Notes: generated by a model not told the origin, from the letters alone. DNA of 64,000 nucleotides from Bacillota bacterium (GCA_021821465.1 JAKACM010000012.1:2069-66068), one strand, 5' to 3'; positions 1-10,325 are shown, counted from the first letter of the stretch. Numbers and translations are program-made.

Positions 1-433
1 GACGCTGAGAGACGGCAAGCCCATGAGGATGGCCTCCTACGTTGATTTCTTTTTCCACCTGGTCGGTTTTGGCGTTAATGACATCCACCAATCCTCTTTG
101 AATGTCGGTGACATAGACAGTGCTTGTTTTTTGGTCGACCATCACGGTATGCAGCGTGCCTCCAATGTGGATCGTGCCAATTTTCTGACCTGTCTTAGCA
201 TTAACCACGGTCACGGTGCCGTTGGCGAGATTACTGACAAACAGCTTATTCAGACGCAAATCGACGCCCGCGAAATGTGGGGTAGGCCCGACATCGGTCC
301 ATGTATGTTGAACCTGATATGATATGGGTGAGTGGGAAGCGGCCGAAGCTTGTCCGGGGTTCATAAGTCCTGCCGCCACCATAGCCGATCCTCCTAGAGC
401 CGTGAACCATTTGCCTTGGACTGGTATGTGCAT
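1..433 (-). CDS. Secreted YVTN/YncE-type beta-propeller protein (3' end outside window)
   Basis: Not in the ORF track; manual translation from ATG 433 (RBS AAGGAG) gives MHIPVQGKWF...signal peptide...LFVSNLANGTVTVVNAKT...VYVTDIQRGLVDVINAKT...VGGHPHGLAVS, i.e. YVTN-like repeats. Confidence 0.8.
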   Translation of the reverse strand, partial: MHIPVQGKWFTALGGSAMVAAGLMNPGQASAASHSPISYQVQHTWTDVGPTPHFAGVDLRLNKLFVSNLANGTVTVVNAKTGQKIGTIHIGGTLHTVMVDQKTSTVYVTDIQRGLVDVINAKTDQVEKEINVGGHPHGLAVSQR

Positions 434-577
434 TATCTCTCTCCTTTCGAGGAATTCGTCAGGTATTGTTGTCAAGTATGTTTGACGCCGTGAACGCGTT
501 AAGAGTGTCCACGTCCACCATTCATACACTATGGAGATAAGAAACGGATAAAAATGCGGTAAATTGGAGGGATTGCC

Positions 578-1417
578 TTAGGCGTCCAGTCTATCAAAAG
601 ATCGACAGGCTAGGGCAAAGATCACGCCCGCATAAATGACGGCATAAATCAAAATGGAACTGGCCGGAGGGTGACTGACGCCAAAAGGGCCCATGGCTGA
701 GAGGAGAAACGGATTGGAGGTACCGCCCCCCCATTCAAAAAGGGCGCGACGGTATAGCCCGTTGGTAGGGATGAGGAGGTTAAGTGAGGAAGACAGGATT
801 TGCAGGGTCAGAGAATGAAGGGTCAGTTGAGCAATGGATCCGACAATGAAGTTGATGAGGAAGGCTAATCCTATCAATATGCCGTTGGCGACTTGAGATA
901 GAAAAACCGAACCGAATAAGGCTAACAGGCTCAATATCCAGCCTTCTTCCAGAAAAGAGGCGATGGTTCCGATAAGAGCGGGGAGGGGAATGTTTTGATG
1001 GGAAAAATGCATGCTGATAACCCAATTGGTCGCAACGACCAACAGAGGGATCATGAGTAGCTGCATTGACACCACGGCCATCCATTTCCCCGCAATGATC
1101 TCCCAGCGTTTGAGCGGTCGGGCTAAAATGACTAATAACGTGCCATTGTCAATTTCCGGGGTGATGGATCCGGCCACCATGAAGATCGCCATAAATCCGA
1201 TGAACAGATTGATGAAGAAGGCGGCCATTACTTTGTCTCCGGCGATTGTCGCCAGTGTGAGCATAGGTTGGCCCTGGTCTATGTTTGAGGTTTGTTGGCC
1301 AATTACGACATTAAAGAGTATGAAAAACCCCAAGGTCATGATCACGAGGATCGGCAAGATTCTGCGCCGCATCATTTCATTTGTATTCAATTGGGCGATT
1401 AAGCGAATATTACGCAT
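578..1417 (-). CDS. ABC-2 type transporter permease
   Basis: Multiple TM segments, EIDNGTLLVILARPLKRWEIIAGKW motif; overlaps upstream ATPase stop. Confidence 0.85.
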   Translation of the reverse strand: MRNIRLIAQLNTNEMMRRRILPILVIMTLGFFILFNVVIGQQTSNIDQGQPMLTLATIAGDKVMAAFFINLFIGFMAIFMVAGSITPEIDNGTLLVILARPLKRWEIIAGKWMAVVSMQLLMIPLLVVATNWVISMHFSHQNIPLPALIGTIASFLEEGWILSLLALFGSVFLSQVANGILIGLAFLINFIVGSIAQLTLHSLTLQILSSSLNLLIPTNGLYRRALFEWGGGTSNPFLLSAMGPFGVSHPPASSILIYAVIYAGVIFALACRSFDRLDA

Positions 1418-2372
1418 GGTTTCCGTCCTTTCGCACCACATCCGGCGCATTCGCGGGCAAACTTAGTGCCTCACCCGTTTTAAGACTCTCGATGAACCAA
1501 TCCTCCAAGCTCTTTTTGTCTTTTTCCACCTCGTAAACGTTGGCTCCGTGATGGGCCAAAATTCGGTGCAAGACAGGCAGTCTGTCACGCGAATAAGGAA
1601 AATGCCAGTATTCTTGCATGGGATGCAAACTCAGGTCGTGCCGAGACAATTCTTCCACACAAGATTCCGGCAGTTGATCAAGAAATATGCGGTAGCCACT
1701 GTGTCTATTGTCCAGAACCGCTTGCAAAGTGCCGGTGTAAAGAATATTCCCGTGATCGATTAAGGCGAGACGATCACAGAGATGCTCCATATCACTGAGT
1801 AAATGGCTATTCAAAAAGATGGTGCGACCACTATCCCGGATCGTCCTGAATAATTGGGCCATTTCATGTCGGCCTAAGGGATCCATGGCCGAGGTGGGCT
1901 CGTCGAGAAAGAGTAATTGGGGATCACCGATCAAGGCTACTGCCAGCCCTAAACGCTGCTGCAAGCCTTTGCTAAGCGATTTGACACGGTGAAGTTCCCG
2001 TCCTTCCAACCCTACTTGGGCCAGTATATCCCGCGCTTGGTCTTGATTAGCCATGAGTCCCGCCAACTTTTGGTGCCAAGTTAAAACCTCCTGAACCAGA
2101 AGCCACGGCGGGAAACGAAAGAGTTCAGGCAAATAGCCGATTTGCCGGCGGACAGACGGATCGCGGTAAGAACGCCCCAATAGGCGAGCTGTGCCCGCCG
2201 TGGGGTTGACTAATCCTAAGAGCATTTTGATGACGGTACTTTTGCCTGCACCGTTGGGCCCCAAAAACCCAAATATTTCACCGGGGCGGACGATGAGACT
2301 GACATGGTTTACAGCCATATGGGAGCCATAAAACTTCTTCAATGCGACCGTTTCTATGGCGTTGGAAACCAT
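1410..2372 (-). CDS. ABC transporter ATP-binding protein
   Basis: Walker A GPNGAGKS, signature LSKGLQQR, Walker B LLFLDEPT, SH switch. Confidence 0.95.
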   Translation of the reverse strand: MVSNAIETVALKKFYGSHMAVNHVSLIVRPGEIFGFLGPNGAGKSTVIKMLLGLVNPTAGTARLLGRSYRDPSVRRQIGYLPELFRFPPWLLVQEVLTWHQKLAGLMANQDQARDILAQVGLEGRELHRVKSLSKGLQQRLGLAVALIGDPQLLFLDEPTSAMDPLGRHEMAQLFRTIRDSGRTIFLNSHLLSDMEHLCDRLALIDHGNILYTGTLQAVLDNRHSGYRIFLDQLPESCVEELSRHDLSLHPMQEYWHFPYSRDRLPVLHRILAHHGANVYEVEKDKKSLEDWFIESLKTGEALSLPANAPDVVRKDGNHA

Positions 2373-3409
2373 TCGGATACCTGCCTCTCAAAACCTTTTA
2401 GACCGAGCTGCGATCCCGACTGGTAGCTGAGGCTATAAAGAACATGACGGTGTATCCACGTGGCTTGATAGTTGCTTCCTCCAGTTGGACTGATCACGGC
2501 CGGATCTCCTTGGATGTGAAAATGCGTGATGGGTTCTTGGGACGGAATCAGTAAGGTTGAACTGAGATGATTGCCCGCGGCTGCCAGTTGTTGAGCCACT
2601 GAGCTGGGCAAAAACGGCAAGGATTGAATCGCTTGGGCTACTCGGATCATGTTAAGGCCTTTAGGGACGACCAAAGTGGGAACAGAAGACACACTTAGTG
2701 AGGCGAAGGCACTCTTATTGGGACCCGACGCCGGTTGCCAGTTGAGCATGGTGATTTGAGGAATGTTTACCGTGACGGGCACATGGTTTAAAGCGGTGGG
2801 AAACAGTGTTGTATCTCCTTCGGCTCGCAAAAGCTGATTGATGGCCTGAACATTTAGCGTCAGCTGTAGACGCGCAGACGGTTGAATAGATGCTTGCGGT
2901 GAGGCCCAGGCTTTTGGCCACACGCGGACATACGGGTTGGTCTTTTGTAGGGTCGTCCAATTGACGGAGGATTGATAATGGCCCAATTGCGTCATGCTTA
3001 CCGACCCATAGTGACGAATGTTAATGCGTCCGCCTTGGCTAAGCCGTGATGTAATTTGATCAATCTGAGCGGAACTGATTTGCAGGGCATTTACTTGGCG
3101 GAACAAGAGCGTTTGCCATACGGCAGCCAAAACATGACGGCCACTGGGACTGATAGCCGAAATACTGAATAAGAGCGCCAACACTGAAGCAATCAAGGTC
3201 GCCTTCGTGCGTGTGAACTGTCGCGAAGGGTTTTCTTCAGGCATTCCGAAAGATTCGGTGGTGCACGCTGCCAAGCCCGCAATATCGTGAAGACGTGAGC
3301 GGCAGGCCCGGCAAGAGTCTAGATGAGCCTGAAGCATGATGTCGACTTCATCAGTTGTTTCCTGGTCGAGGAACTCGAGCCACTCGGGGTCTTGGGGACA
3401 ACTGTTCAT
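2354..3409 (-). CDS. Zinc-finger (ZAS) membrane anti-sigma factor
   Basis: HLDSCRAC (HxxxCxxC) motif, single TM, extracellular C-terminal domain; directly downstream of ECF sigma. Confidence 0.8.
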   Translation of the reverse strand: MNSCPQDPEWLEFLDQETTDEVDIMLQAHLDSCRACRSRLHDIAGLAACTTESFGMPEENPSRQFTRTKATLIASVLALLFSISAISPSGRHVLAAVWQTLLFRQVNALQISSAQIDQITSRLSQGGRINIRHYGSVSMTQLGHYQSSVNWTTLQKTNPYVRVWPKAWASPQASIQPSARLQLTLNVQAINQLLRAEGDTTLFPTALNHVPVTVNIPQITMLNWQPASGPNKSAFASLSVSSVPTLVVPKGLNMIRVAQAIQSLPFLPSSVAQQLAAAGNHLSSTLLIPSQEPITHFHIQGDPAVISPTGGSNYQATWIHRHVLYSLSYQSGSQLGLKGFERQVSEWFPTP

Positions 3410-3920
3410 CCGGATCCTCCTGTTCCGTGTGATAAGCCACACGCAGTTTTTTCATCGCACGCACCAAAACCATGCCAACTTGGGTGGGATCGATTCCCAA
3501 TTTGTGGGCAATTTCTTTGTAGCGATACCCATTATGTCTCATCCACAAAGCTTGACTGTCTCGTTCAGGCAATGTTTCGAGAGCTGTTCGCAACAATTTT
3601 CGGTCAAATTCCTGCAGTGAAACATCCTCCGCAGAGGGATAACGGCCTTCCGGCACATCCTCATAGCCGCGTCTTTTCAATTCGCGCATGCGGTCATAAC
3701 TCAAACGAGTGACCACTGTTTTCAACCAGGCAGCACCATGGCTGAAATCATTCAGCGGATGGCGGATTAGACGGGCAAATGCTTCTTGGACGACATCTTC
3801 CGCGCTCTGGCGATTTTGCCCCAACAGATATTCTGCATAACGCACCAACTTTTCGAACTGTTGCGCGTAGAGGTGGTCAATCTCAGGTACACGGCCGGAA
3901 GCTTGCTGGGGTTTGGTCAT
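3351..3920 (-). CDS. ECF-type RNA polymerase sigma-70 factor
   Basis: Region 2 AEDVVQEAF..WL; region 4 LPERDSQALWMRHNGYRYKEIAHKLG. Confidence 0.92.
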   Translation of the reverse strand: MTKPQQASGRVPEIDHLYAQQFEKLVRYAEYLLGQNRQSAEDVVQEAFARLIRHPLNDFSHGAAWLKTVVTRLSYDRMRELKRRGYEDVPEGRYPSAEDVSLQEFDRKLLRTALETLPERDSQALWMRHNGYRYKEIAHKLGIDPTQVGMVLVRAMKKLRVAYHTEQEDPDEQLSPRPRVARVPRPGNN

Positions 3921-3942
3921 CAAATTCTCCTCCTGATTCTAA

Positions 3943-3968
3943 GACGTTTGTCTCAAGATTTTGTAACA
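3943..3968 (-). promoter_or_regulatory. Putative autoregulatory ECF promoter
   Basis: Minus strand TGTTAC-N16-CGTC just upstream of the sigma RBS; CGTC -10 resembles Bacillus SigW/SigM-type promoters. Confidence 0.5.
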
Positions 3969-4143
3969 AAGGGGTGCATTAAGGATGATTTGACATCTTC
4001 TCGAAACCCCGGTGAGTCTCCTTCAAATCAGCCTAATCGCCATATTTGGGAGAGAGGAGTGCAATTTTTGGATTTCACGACAACCGGTTGGAACACGGGT
4101 AATTGTGCCAACCCCGGTGACCAAAGAGGAAAGGCCGTGCTCC

Positions 4144-4379
4144 TTGTCTTTTCCGATTGCAAGAACCATGAAGGAGAAAGGACATTCCTTATGAGAATCA
4201 ACCGCGGGTTAGAGAGGCAGATGAGGGGATAACGTCGGAGAAGGGATAAAAAGTCGTCAAGTCTCCATTCATGATGGATTCGTCACATAAGAATCTTACA
4301 AGAATTTAATCATAACCTTCCCCTAAAGGGGAAGGCCCTGGTTATAAGTCGGCACGATTTTACGAGTGACTTAACAGTT
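4144..4379. repeat. ~235-bp direct repeat, copy 1
   Basis: Near-identical to 8394-8630 (e.g. ATGAGAATCAACCGCGGGTTAGAGAGGCAG...TTACGAGTGACTTAACAGTT). Confidence 0.95.
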
Positions 4380-4818
4380 CATTAAGTTTGGAGCCATGGT
4401 CATGTTTCAACATCCACCAACCCACGACAAGTAAGTAAATCCACGCGATCAGAGAAAAACTCCGTCCAAAAGAATAATCGGCGAACTGGATATGCCCGGT
4501 GAGGGGTGTGGGATTGATGCCGAACGGCAAGGCAATGAACCCGGAAAGAAAATACATAAACATGTTGTAGGTTGTAAACCACAACGGAGGGGCATAAAAT
4601 TGGCGAAGCCCTAGTAGGTAAATGACGGCGATCAATCCATAGGAAGCGGTTTCGATATCAATCCAATAGGAAATGATTCGACTCGTAGCCGGCTCAGCAA
4701 ATAAATGAGCGGCAACGTCCAATAGCGCAAAGAATGCCAAAGAAAGCCGTAATCTTTGAATCTTGACCAACGAATTCTCGGGGTTTGCTCTGTTTTGTGT
4801 CGGGTTTGATTGAGACAC
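4360..4818 (-). CDS. Hypothetical 4-TM membrane protein
   Basis: 152-aa hydrophobic ORF, GTG start with AAGGAGG RBS. Confidence 0.7.
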   Translation of the reverse strand: MSQSNPTQNRANPENSLVKIQRLRLSLAFFALLDVAAHLFAEPATSRIISYWIDIETASYGLIAVIYLLGLRQFYAPPLWFTTYNMFMYFLSGFIALPFGINPTPLTGHIQFADYSFGRSFSLIAWIYLLVVGWWMLKHDHGSKLNELLSHS

Positions 4819-5085
4819 GATAACTTCCTCCTTCTTTGTCGTCCTATGTGCTTACATGAAAAAAAGCACAACCCGCACCTGTGAGTAGCACAAAAGAGGA
4901 TAGAGTCGGGCGATATTCCGAGGTTTATTGTATTCCTATCCACACTGACATGGTGAACAAATACCAGTATTATTATACCAACACCCGATGACACCCTGCA
5001 TCTGGGGCATAGAGAGGTAAGGCGACGATTCCTTGAATTGCGGGCTATAAGACAAATTCATTGTGGCCACCCGTATCTCTCACTG

Positions 5086-5964
5086 TTAAATGGCATTTTG
5101 GAAATACGCCATAAGCACCTCACGAAACTCCTGCGCAGCCACGGATAAATACCGATCCCTGCGCCACGAGAGCCCGGTAATGCGCTGGCACTTAGGCTCA
5201 ATCTGCAGATAGACGCCATCTTCTTCCGTGCTGTGGTGCCGGGATGTGCCCGGTACAAAAGCTATCCCCAACTCCCTCTGTACCAGGGCTCGTAGAGTGG
5301 TAGGCTCATCTCCTTCGAAGCTGTGGTGCGGCATAAACCCCGCCTGTTGACAGTACTGATCCATCAAATCCCGCATACCGTACCCTACCTTAAGGCCCAC
5401 GAACGCTTCGTTCTGCAGCTCGACAAGGCCAACACTCTGTCTTGCGGCCAAGCGGTGAGATGGTGGCACAATCACATAGATAGTTTCAGTTAACACGGAT
5501 TGGTATTCGATGCCAATGCCCGTGATCGGTGGGGCCGACAAACAAAAATCCACGGCGCCCTCTTCCAATCGTGTCTGCATGGTGTCAGTGGGTAACTGCT
5601 CGACATGGAATTGCACACGAGGGCGCTGGTGCCGGAACGCCTGCAGAACATCGGGCAGCATGTGTGCTGTGTTCACTCCCAAGGACACCATGCCGTAATC
5701 GGCACCAGCCAAGTCAGCCACGGCTCGCCGACCCTGCTCCAGCTCGAACAACGCCTTGTCGACTCGCTCAAGGAAGACGCGGCCAAAATTATTTAGGCGT
5801 ACCGTGCGACCCACCCGATCAAACAACGGCACACCCAAATCCTGCTCGAGGCGGGAGATGGTTCGGCTCAGAGACGATTGCGTCACATGCAAGTTCCGGG
5901 CGGCATCCGTCACATGTTCGAGACGGGCCACGGCTTTGAAATAGTCCAGTTGGAGAAGCTCCAT
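5086..5964 (-). CDS. LysR-family transcriptional regulator
   Basis: MELLQLDYF...HVTDAARNLHVTQSSLSRTISRLEQDLGVPLFDR HTH; divergent from MFS. Confidence 0.95.
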   Translation of the reverse strand: MELLQLDYFKAVARLEHVTDAARNLHVTQSSLSRTISRLEQDLGVPLFDRVGRTVRLNNFGRVFLERVDKALFELEQGRRAVADLAGADYGMVSLGVNTAHMLPDVLQAFRHQRPRVQFHVEQLPTDTMQTRLEEGAVDFCLSAPPITGIGIEYQSVLTETIYVIVPPSHRLAARQSVGLVELQNEAFVGLKVGYGMRDLMDQYCQQAGFMPHHSFEGDEPTTLRALVQRELGIAFVPGTSRHHSTEEDGVYLQIEPKCQRITGLSWRRDRYLSVAAQEFREVLMAYFQNAI

Positions 5965-6066
5965 CGGCGACCACCCCTCATTCCTTTGAATGCATAATAT
6001 TATACCAGAAAATCCGTTTGACAGCATTAATCTGCGGAGATACTCTGGGGATGGTCGTTAGGGGGG

Positions 6067-7452
6067 ATGATGGTGAGCGGGCGACGGGGGTCGTTTCTGG
6101 TGGCTGTTTCGTTGGGAACCTTGTTGAATCCTTTAAACACTTCCATGATCGCCGTGGCCTTGGCCCGACTGCAAACGGTGTATCACCTGGATTTCATCGC
6201 CGTCTCGTGGATCGTATCATCGTTCTATTTGGCCAGTGCCATTGCCCAGCCTGCCTGGGGCAAAGTGGCAGACTTGTATGGACGGAAGACCGTATTTCTG
6301 GTCGGGCTAGTCGTGATGGCAGCCGCGTCGATTGCCGCGCTCTTTTCGCCCACCTTCGGTTGGCTGATTGGGTTTCGGATTCTGCAGTCCATTGGCAGCA
6401 GTGCCATCTATCCCGCGGGAATGGCCTTAGTACGCCATCATATCACGGACCGGCAAGCCCATGCGTTGGCGGTGTTGTCCGTGTTCTCTTCGGCTTCGGC
6501 GAGATTCGGTCCGGCGATTGGGGGACTACTGATTCATCTCTGGAATTGGCGTGCCATCTTTGTCGTGAATATTCCGGTCATTGTAGGAGACTTTGCCCTG
6601 GCCCTGTGGGCCCTCCCTTCAGAGGCGCGTGATACCGCAGGGCGCCCATCATGGCGTCAGATCTTCACGGCACTGGATGTCCCCGGCTTATCCCTGTTCA
6701 CCGTAGCCATCCTGGGGATCTTGTTGGTCCTGCTGTCGGTGTATTCCCCAGAGAGCGTAATCGCAGGAGTGGTCGGGTTGGCGGCTCTGGGATTCTTCAT
6801 CTGGCGGGAACTCTCCACGACGCAGCCGTTTGTTCCGCTTCGTACCTTCGCCAAAAATGCGGGGATGACTTTAGTTGACCTCCAATATGTCGCGGTGAAC
6901 ATCCTCTTTTATGCGGTTTTTTTCGGCATTCCCACATATTTGCAGAATGTGCGTCAGGTGGGGGCAGCGAGTACCGGATTCATTATGTTGTCCTTGGCGG
7001 CGTGTTCCGTTGTAGTTGCTCCGATGGCTGGTCGGTGGGTACATCGCTCCGGGGTTCGCCCGGCGTTGATGTTGGCCGGCCTCCTCATGACTGCAGGGTC
7101 GCTGTGGATCGTCACATTCCATGACGACACTCCTATCGTCAGTGTCTGCGTCGCGCTGGTCAGTCTAGGAATTGCCAACGGGCTGAACAATGTCGGGATG
7201 CAGACGGCGTTGTTCCTGGTGACACCGCCAGCCATCATCGGCACGGCGTCGGGATTATTTATGACCGCCCGGTTTGTCGGGACGATTGTCTCGTCGCTGG
7301 TGTTGGACCTGGTGTTTGGGGCGACGGTGACGACGGCAGGACTCCGACTATTGGGAGCCATTCTGACGGGTATGGGTGTCGTGATTGTGCTGTTAAGTGG
7401 GCAGTTGCCGAGAAGGCGGGAGACATCTGCCCGCGCCCCCGTGAGGGATTAG
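6067..7452 (+). CDS. MFS transporter (DHA2-like efflux)
   Basis: GKVADLYGRK motif A, ~14 TM segments. Confidence 0.9.
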   Translation: MMVSGRRGSFLVAVSLGTLLNPLNTSMIAVALARLQTVYHLDFIAVSWIVSSFYLASAIAQPAWGKVADLYGRKTVFLVGLVVMAAASIAALFSPTFGWLIGFRILQSIGSSAIYPAGMALVRHHITDRQAHALAVLSVFSSASARFGPAIGGLLIHLWNWRAIFVVNIPVIVGDFALALWALPSEARDTAGRPSWRQIFTALDVPGLSLFTVAILGILLVLLSVYSPESVIAGVVGLAALGFFIWRELSTTQPFVPLRTFAKNAGMTLVDLQYVAVNILFYAVFFGIPTYLQNVRQVGAASTGFIMLSLAACSVVVAPMAGRWVHRSGVRPALMLAGLLMTAGSLWIVTFHDDTPIVSVCVALVSLGIANGLNNVGMQTALFLVTPPAIIGTASGLFMTARFVGTIVSSLVLDLVFGATVTTAGLRLLGAILTGMGVVIVLLSGQLPRRRETSARAPVRD

Positions 7453-7502
7453 GGGTCAAGTAGCATATCTCGGCATGCATTTCAAAACAACAGGAGGAAT
7501 TA

Positions 7503-8339
7503 ATGATGACATCTCAGGCAGAACTGGGAGCACAACGAAAATACTTTCAATCCGGCCCTCTGACACTGTCCTACCTGGATTATGGAGGCGATAGTCGCCA
7601 CACTTTGCTACTGTTGCACGGCACCATGAATGATGCCAGAACCTACGAGGGACTGATTGGTCCCTACGAAGGCTGGCGCATCATTAGTTTAGACCAACGT
7701 GGACATGGGTGGAGCGACCGTCTACGAGACAAGGACTACTCCCGGGACAGCTACGTGGAGGATGTCGCCAATTTGATTCGCAACGAACTCGGCGGACAAC
7801 CCGTGACGATCCTGGGGCATTCTCTGGGAGGGATCAACGCCTATCAGTGTGCGGCACGCTATCCGGACCTGGTACAAGCCGTGATGGTGGAAGACATCGG
7901 GGTGGAAATTTCGGTCGATATGTCGTTTGTCGAGCAGCTTCCCGAACGCGCCGCGTCGCTCCAAGACCTGCGGGATGCCCTCATGCGTACCGGGGTGCGA
8001 GCCATCGGCTATTTTTCTGAAAGCGTGGTGCATGACGAAAACGGCTGGGGATTTCGGGCGGACCTCCAGGGCATGAACGTATCTGCCCAACAGGTCACGG
8101 GCGTGTGGTGGGACGACTGGCTCTCCTCGACCTGTCCTATGTTGCTGATTCACGGAAGAAAAAGCTTCGTATTGGACTTAGACCAAGCGGAACGGATGGT
8201 CGCGAGACGATCGAATACACAGCTCGTCGTGTTTGAAGATTCGGGTCACAGCGTCCATACAGATGACCCTGCTGGCTTTGTTGAGGTGATCAAGACTTTT
8301 CTTGATGAGCAGCATTCAAGGAAATCCCGTACTCCGTGA
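7503..8339 (+). CDS. Alpha/beta fold hydrolase
   Basis: LLHG, DQRGHG, GHSLGG nucleophile elbow, C-terminal GH. Confidence 0.92.
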   Translation: MMTSQAELGAQRKYFQSGPLTLSYLDYGGDSRHTLLLLHGTMNDARTYEGLIGPYEGWRIISLDQRGHGWSDRLRDKDYSRDSYVEDVANLIRNELGGQPVTILGHSLGGINAYQCAARYPDLVQAVMVEDIGVEISVDMSFVEQLPERAASLQDLRDALMRTGVRAIGYFSESVVHDENGWGFRADLQGMNVSAQQVTGVWWDDWLSSTCPMLLIHGRKSFVLDLDQAERMVARRSNTQLVVFEDSGHSVHTDDPAGFVEVIKTFLDEQHSRKSRTP

Positions 8340-8393
8340 GTCCTGTCGACTCGGACTGGAGTTTCGCCGTTATAAAAATTCGATAGCGGAAAG

Positions 8394-8630
8394 TTGTTTT
8401 TTCCGATCATAAGCACCATGAAGGAGGAAGGGCATTCCTTATGAGAATCAACCGCGGGTTAGAGAGGCAGATGAGGGGATAACGGTCGGAGAAGGGGTAA
8501 AAAGTCGTCAAGTCTCCATTCATGATGGATTCGTCACATAAGAATCTTACAAGAATTTAATCATAACCTCCCCCTAAAGGGGAAGGTTCTGGTTATAAGT
8601 CGGCACGATTTTACGAGTGACTTAACAGTT
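8394..8630. repeat. ~235-bp direct repeat, copy 2
   Basis: Near-identical to 4144-4379; ends where the IS110 left end appears to begin. Confidence 0.95.
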
Positions 8631-8862
8631 TTTCATGCCGCTTTTCGGCACCTCGCAGCATGAAAATTGGGGGGGATGTCTAAGTACGCCTGTGCACTTT
8701 CTTGTGCTGATCGACTCTTGTGGGGGATCATGCATTCGTGTCACAGTTTGACCGAGAACGCTCCGGGCACCTCGCATGGTTGCGGGCTTGCCACGCACGC
8801 GGAACAGAATCCTTGAGTTCCCTGGCCCGAGAGGACAAGAAACGCCCAGAAAGGGGAGCACT
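8627..8862 (+). ncRNA. IS110 left non-coding end, candidate bridge RNA
   Basis: ~235-nt structured region (TTTTCATGC...GCATGAAAA hairpin and further stems) directly upstream of the IS110 recombinase start; IS110-group elements encode bridge RNA here. Confidence 0.45.
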
Positions 8863-9335
8863 ATGCCAGTGGAAGTCTTTCACGGTGCGGGGATTGATGG
8901 ACATAAAGAGACGGCGGTGGTGACGATCCGGCACCAAAGTCCGGATCAATTGACCCCCAGCCGGCAAGAAACCCGGACCTTTGGGACCCTCACGGACAAT
9001 CTCCACGCCTTACCGGCGTGGGTTACGGGCCGAGGGCATCACCCCTGTCCTCATGGAGTCCACCGGCTCGTATGGGAAACCGCTCGATAATTTGTTGGAA
9101 ACCACCTGCGTTGTATGGTTGGTCAATCCGGCTCATGTCAAGGCTTTGCGCGGGCGCAAGACCGACGTCAAAGATTCCCAATGGCTGGCGGAACTCTTAA
9201 CCTTTGGCTTAGTGGTCCCCCGTTTTATTCCCGATCGTCCGCAACGGGAGTTGCGGGAAGCGGTGCGGTATCGCCGCCGTGTGATTGAGGAACAGGCTCG
9301 CGAGGTCCATCGGATCCAAAAAGTGCTCGAACGGG
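8863..9335 (+). pseudogene. IS110-family recombinase, frameshifted and 3'-truncated
   Basis: GIDGHKE (frame 1), then MESTGSYGKP...LVNPAHVKALRGRKTDVKDSQWLAELL (frame 2): the DEDD domain. Confidence 0.9.
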
Positions 9336-9564
9336 GTCATGGTCGCGGAGTCGGGTTCGGTAGACCTGGCACAATTCCGACGGTCGCCGGAATATGCCGC
9401 GCTCAAAGCCCTGTTTGCGGAGTCATTCTTGGGCAATCCGTTACAAGCATTCAATCAGTCCGCATAAATCGCCCAAATGGAACGGGAAAAAGGTGGGAGT
9501 TTTCAAGGGTTGGCGGAATGTTTGGCGTCTAAAAACACGGTATTATGTAGGTGCGAAACTCAAG
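9336..9564 (+). mobile_element. 3' remnant of an IS4-like element (same family as 60422-62087)
   Basis: AESGSVDLAQFRRSPEYAALKALFAESFLG matches the transposase C-terminus ending at 60522; terminal GGTGCGAAACTCAAG at 9550-9564 equals that element's TIR. Confidence 0.85.
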
Positions 9565-9798
9565 TAGTAATAGGTATGACCGTGGACTTTGCGTTTGGTA
9601 ATAGTAGCCATGGGCAACTCCTCCTGGATCAATTGGTTAATAATACAGGAGTTCGCCATTCACGCGAAAAGTCCTTTACGAAATGGCCCTAAAATAAAAT
9701 TTTTTTTCGGCCAAACAGAGGTTAATGGGGCCAAGAATTTTTGTATAATACAGCAATTTGAGACACCATAAGACTTTGAGGCCATTTTGGGATCATAA

Positions 9799-9942
9799 CT
9801 AGGAAAGTTCCGCTAGGTAGATACTAATCGCTTGTCGCAATAAGATCGCCGCCGGTTCCCGGTCATGATCCAATTGGTCGCGCCAGCGGTCATAGTCCCA
9901 CAAATCTTGAAGGGCTCGTTGGGCAAATCGAATGCGGGGCAT
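9799..9942 (-). pseudogene. Possible truncated RelE/ParE-like toxin
   Basis: Manual translation MPRIRFAQRALQDLWDYDRWRDQ... resembles the ParE/RelE N-terminus; only 47 aa. Confidence 0.4.
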
Positions 9943-9982
9943 CAGCGTTCGTGCGTGGTATCATCAAGACTCAACAAGTGTC

Positions 9983-10195
9983 TCAATATTGGTCAGCTTC
10001 CTCGGCATCATAAAACGGCTCGCTGTCTCCACGAGTAACAATGTCACGGAGTAAAGCAACTTCATCCGGGTCCCAAATGACCTCACGCCGACCGTCTTCG
10101 CTGGCTAACCAGCGTACAATACGATCAAGCATAGGCAGACGTTCCGGAGGAATCGTTTCGATGAGACGTTGAATTTCCTTGAGTTCAACCCCCAT
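9983..10195 (-). CDS. Small acidic protein, putative antitoxin
   Basis: GGAGGT RBS; LKEIQRLIETIPPERL...acidic tail; upstream of the ParE-like fragment. Confidence 0.45.
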   Translation of the reverse strand: MGVELKEIQRLIETIPPERLPMLDRIVRWLASEDGRREVIWDPDEVALLRDIVTRGDSEPFYDAEEADQY

Positions 10196-10325
10196 GGGAG
10201 CCACCTCCATTGTGTTTATTATAACATTTGTTGCGGATGTCGTGCCAAACTATCTGCCGTGTGGACTTGTACAACACGGTAGGATCGCTGAAAAACATTT
10301 CCCATAGTTTTATTGTATCAGCTAG

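Noticed and set aside
23-322. 99-aa plus-strand ORF
   Set aside because: Antisense shadow of the YVTN repeat gene
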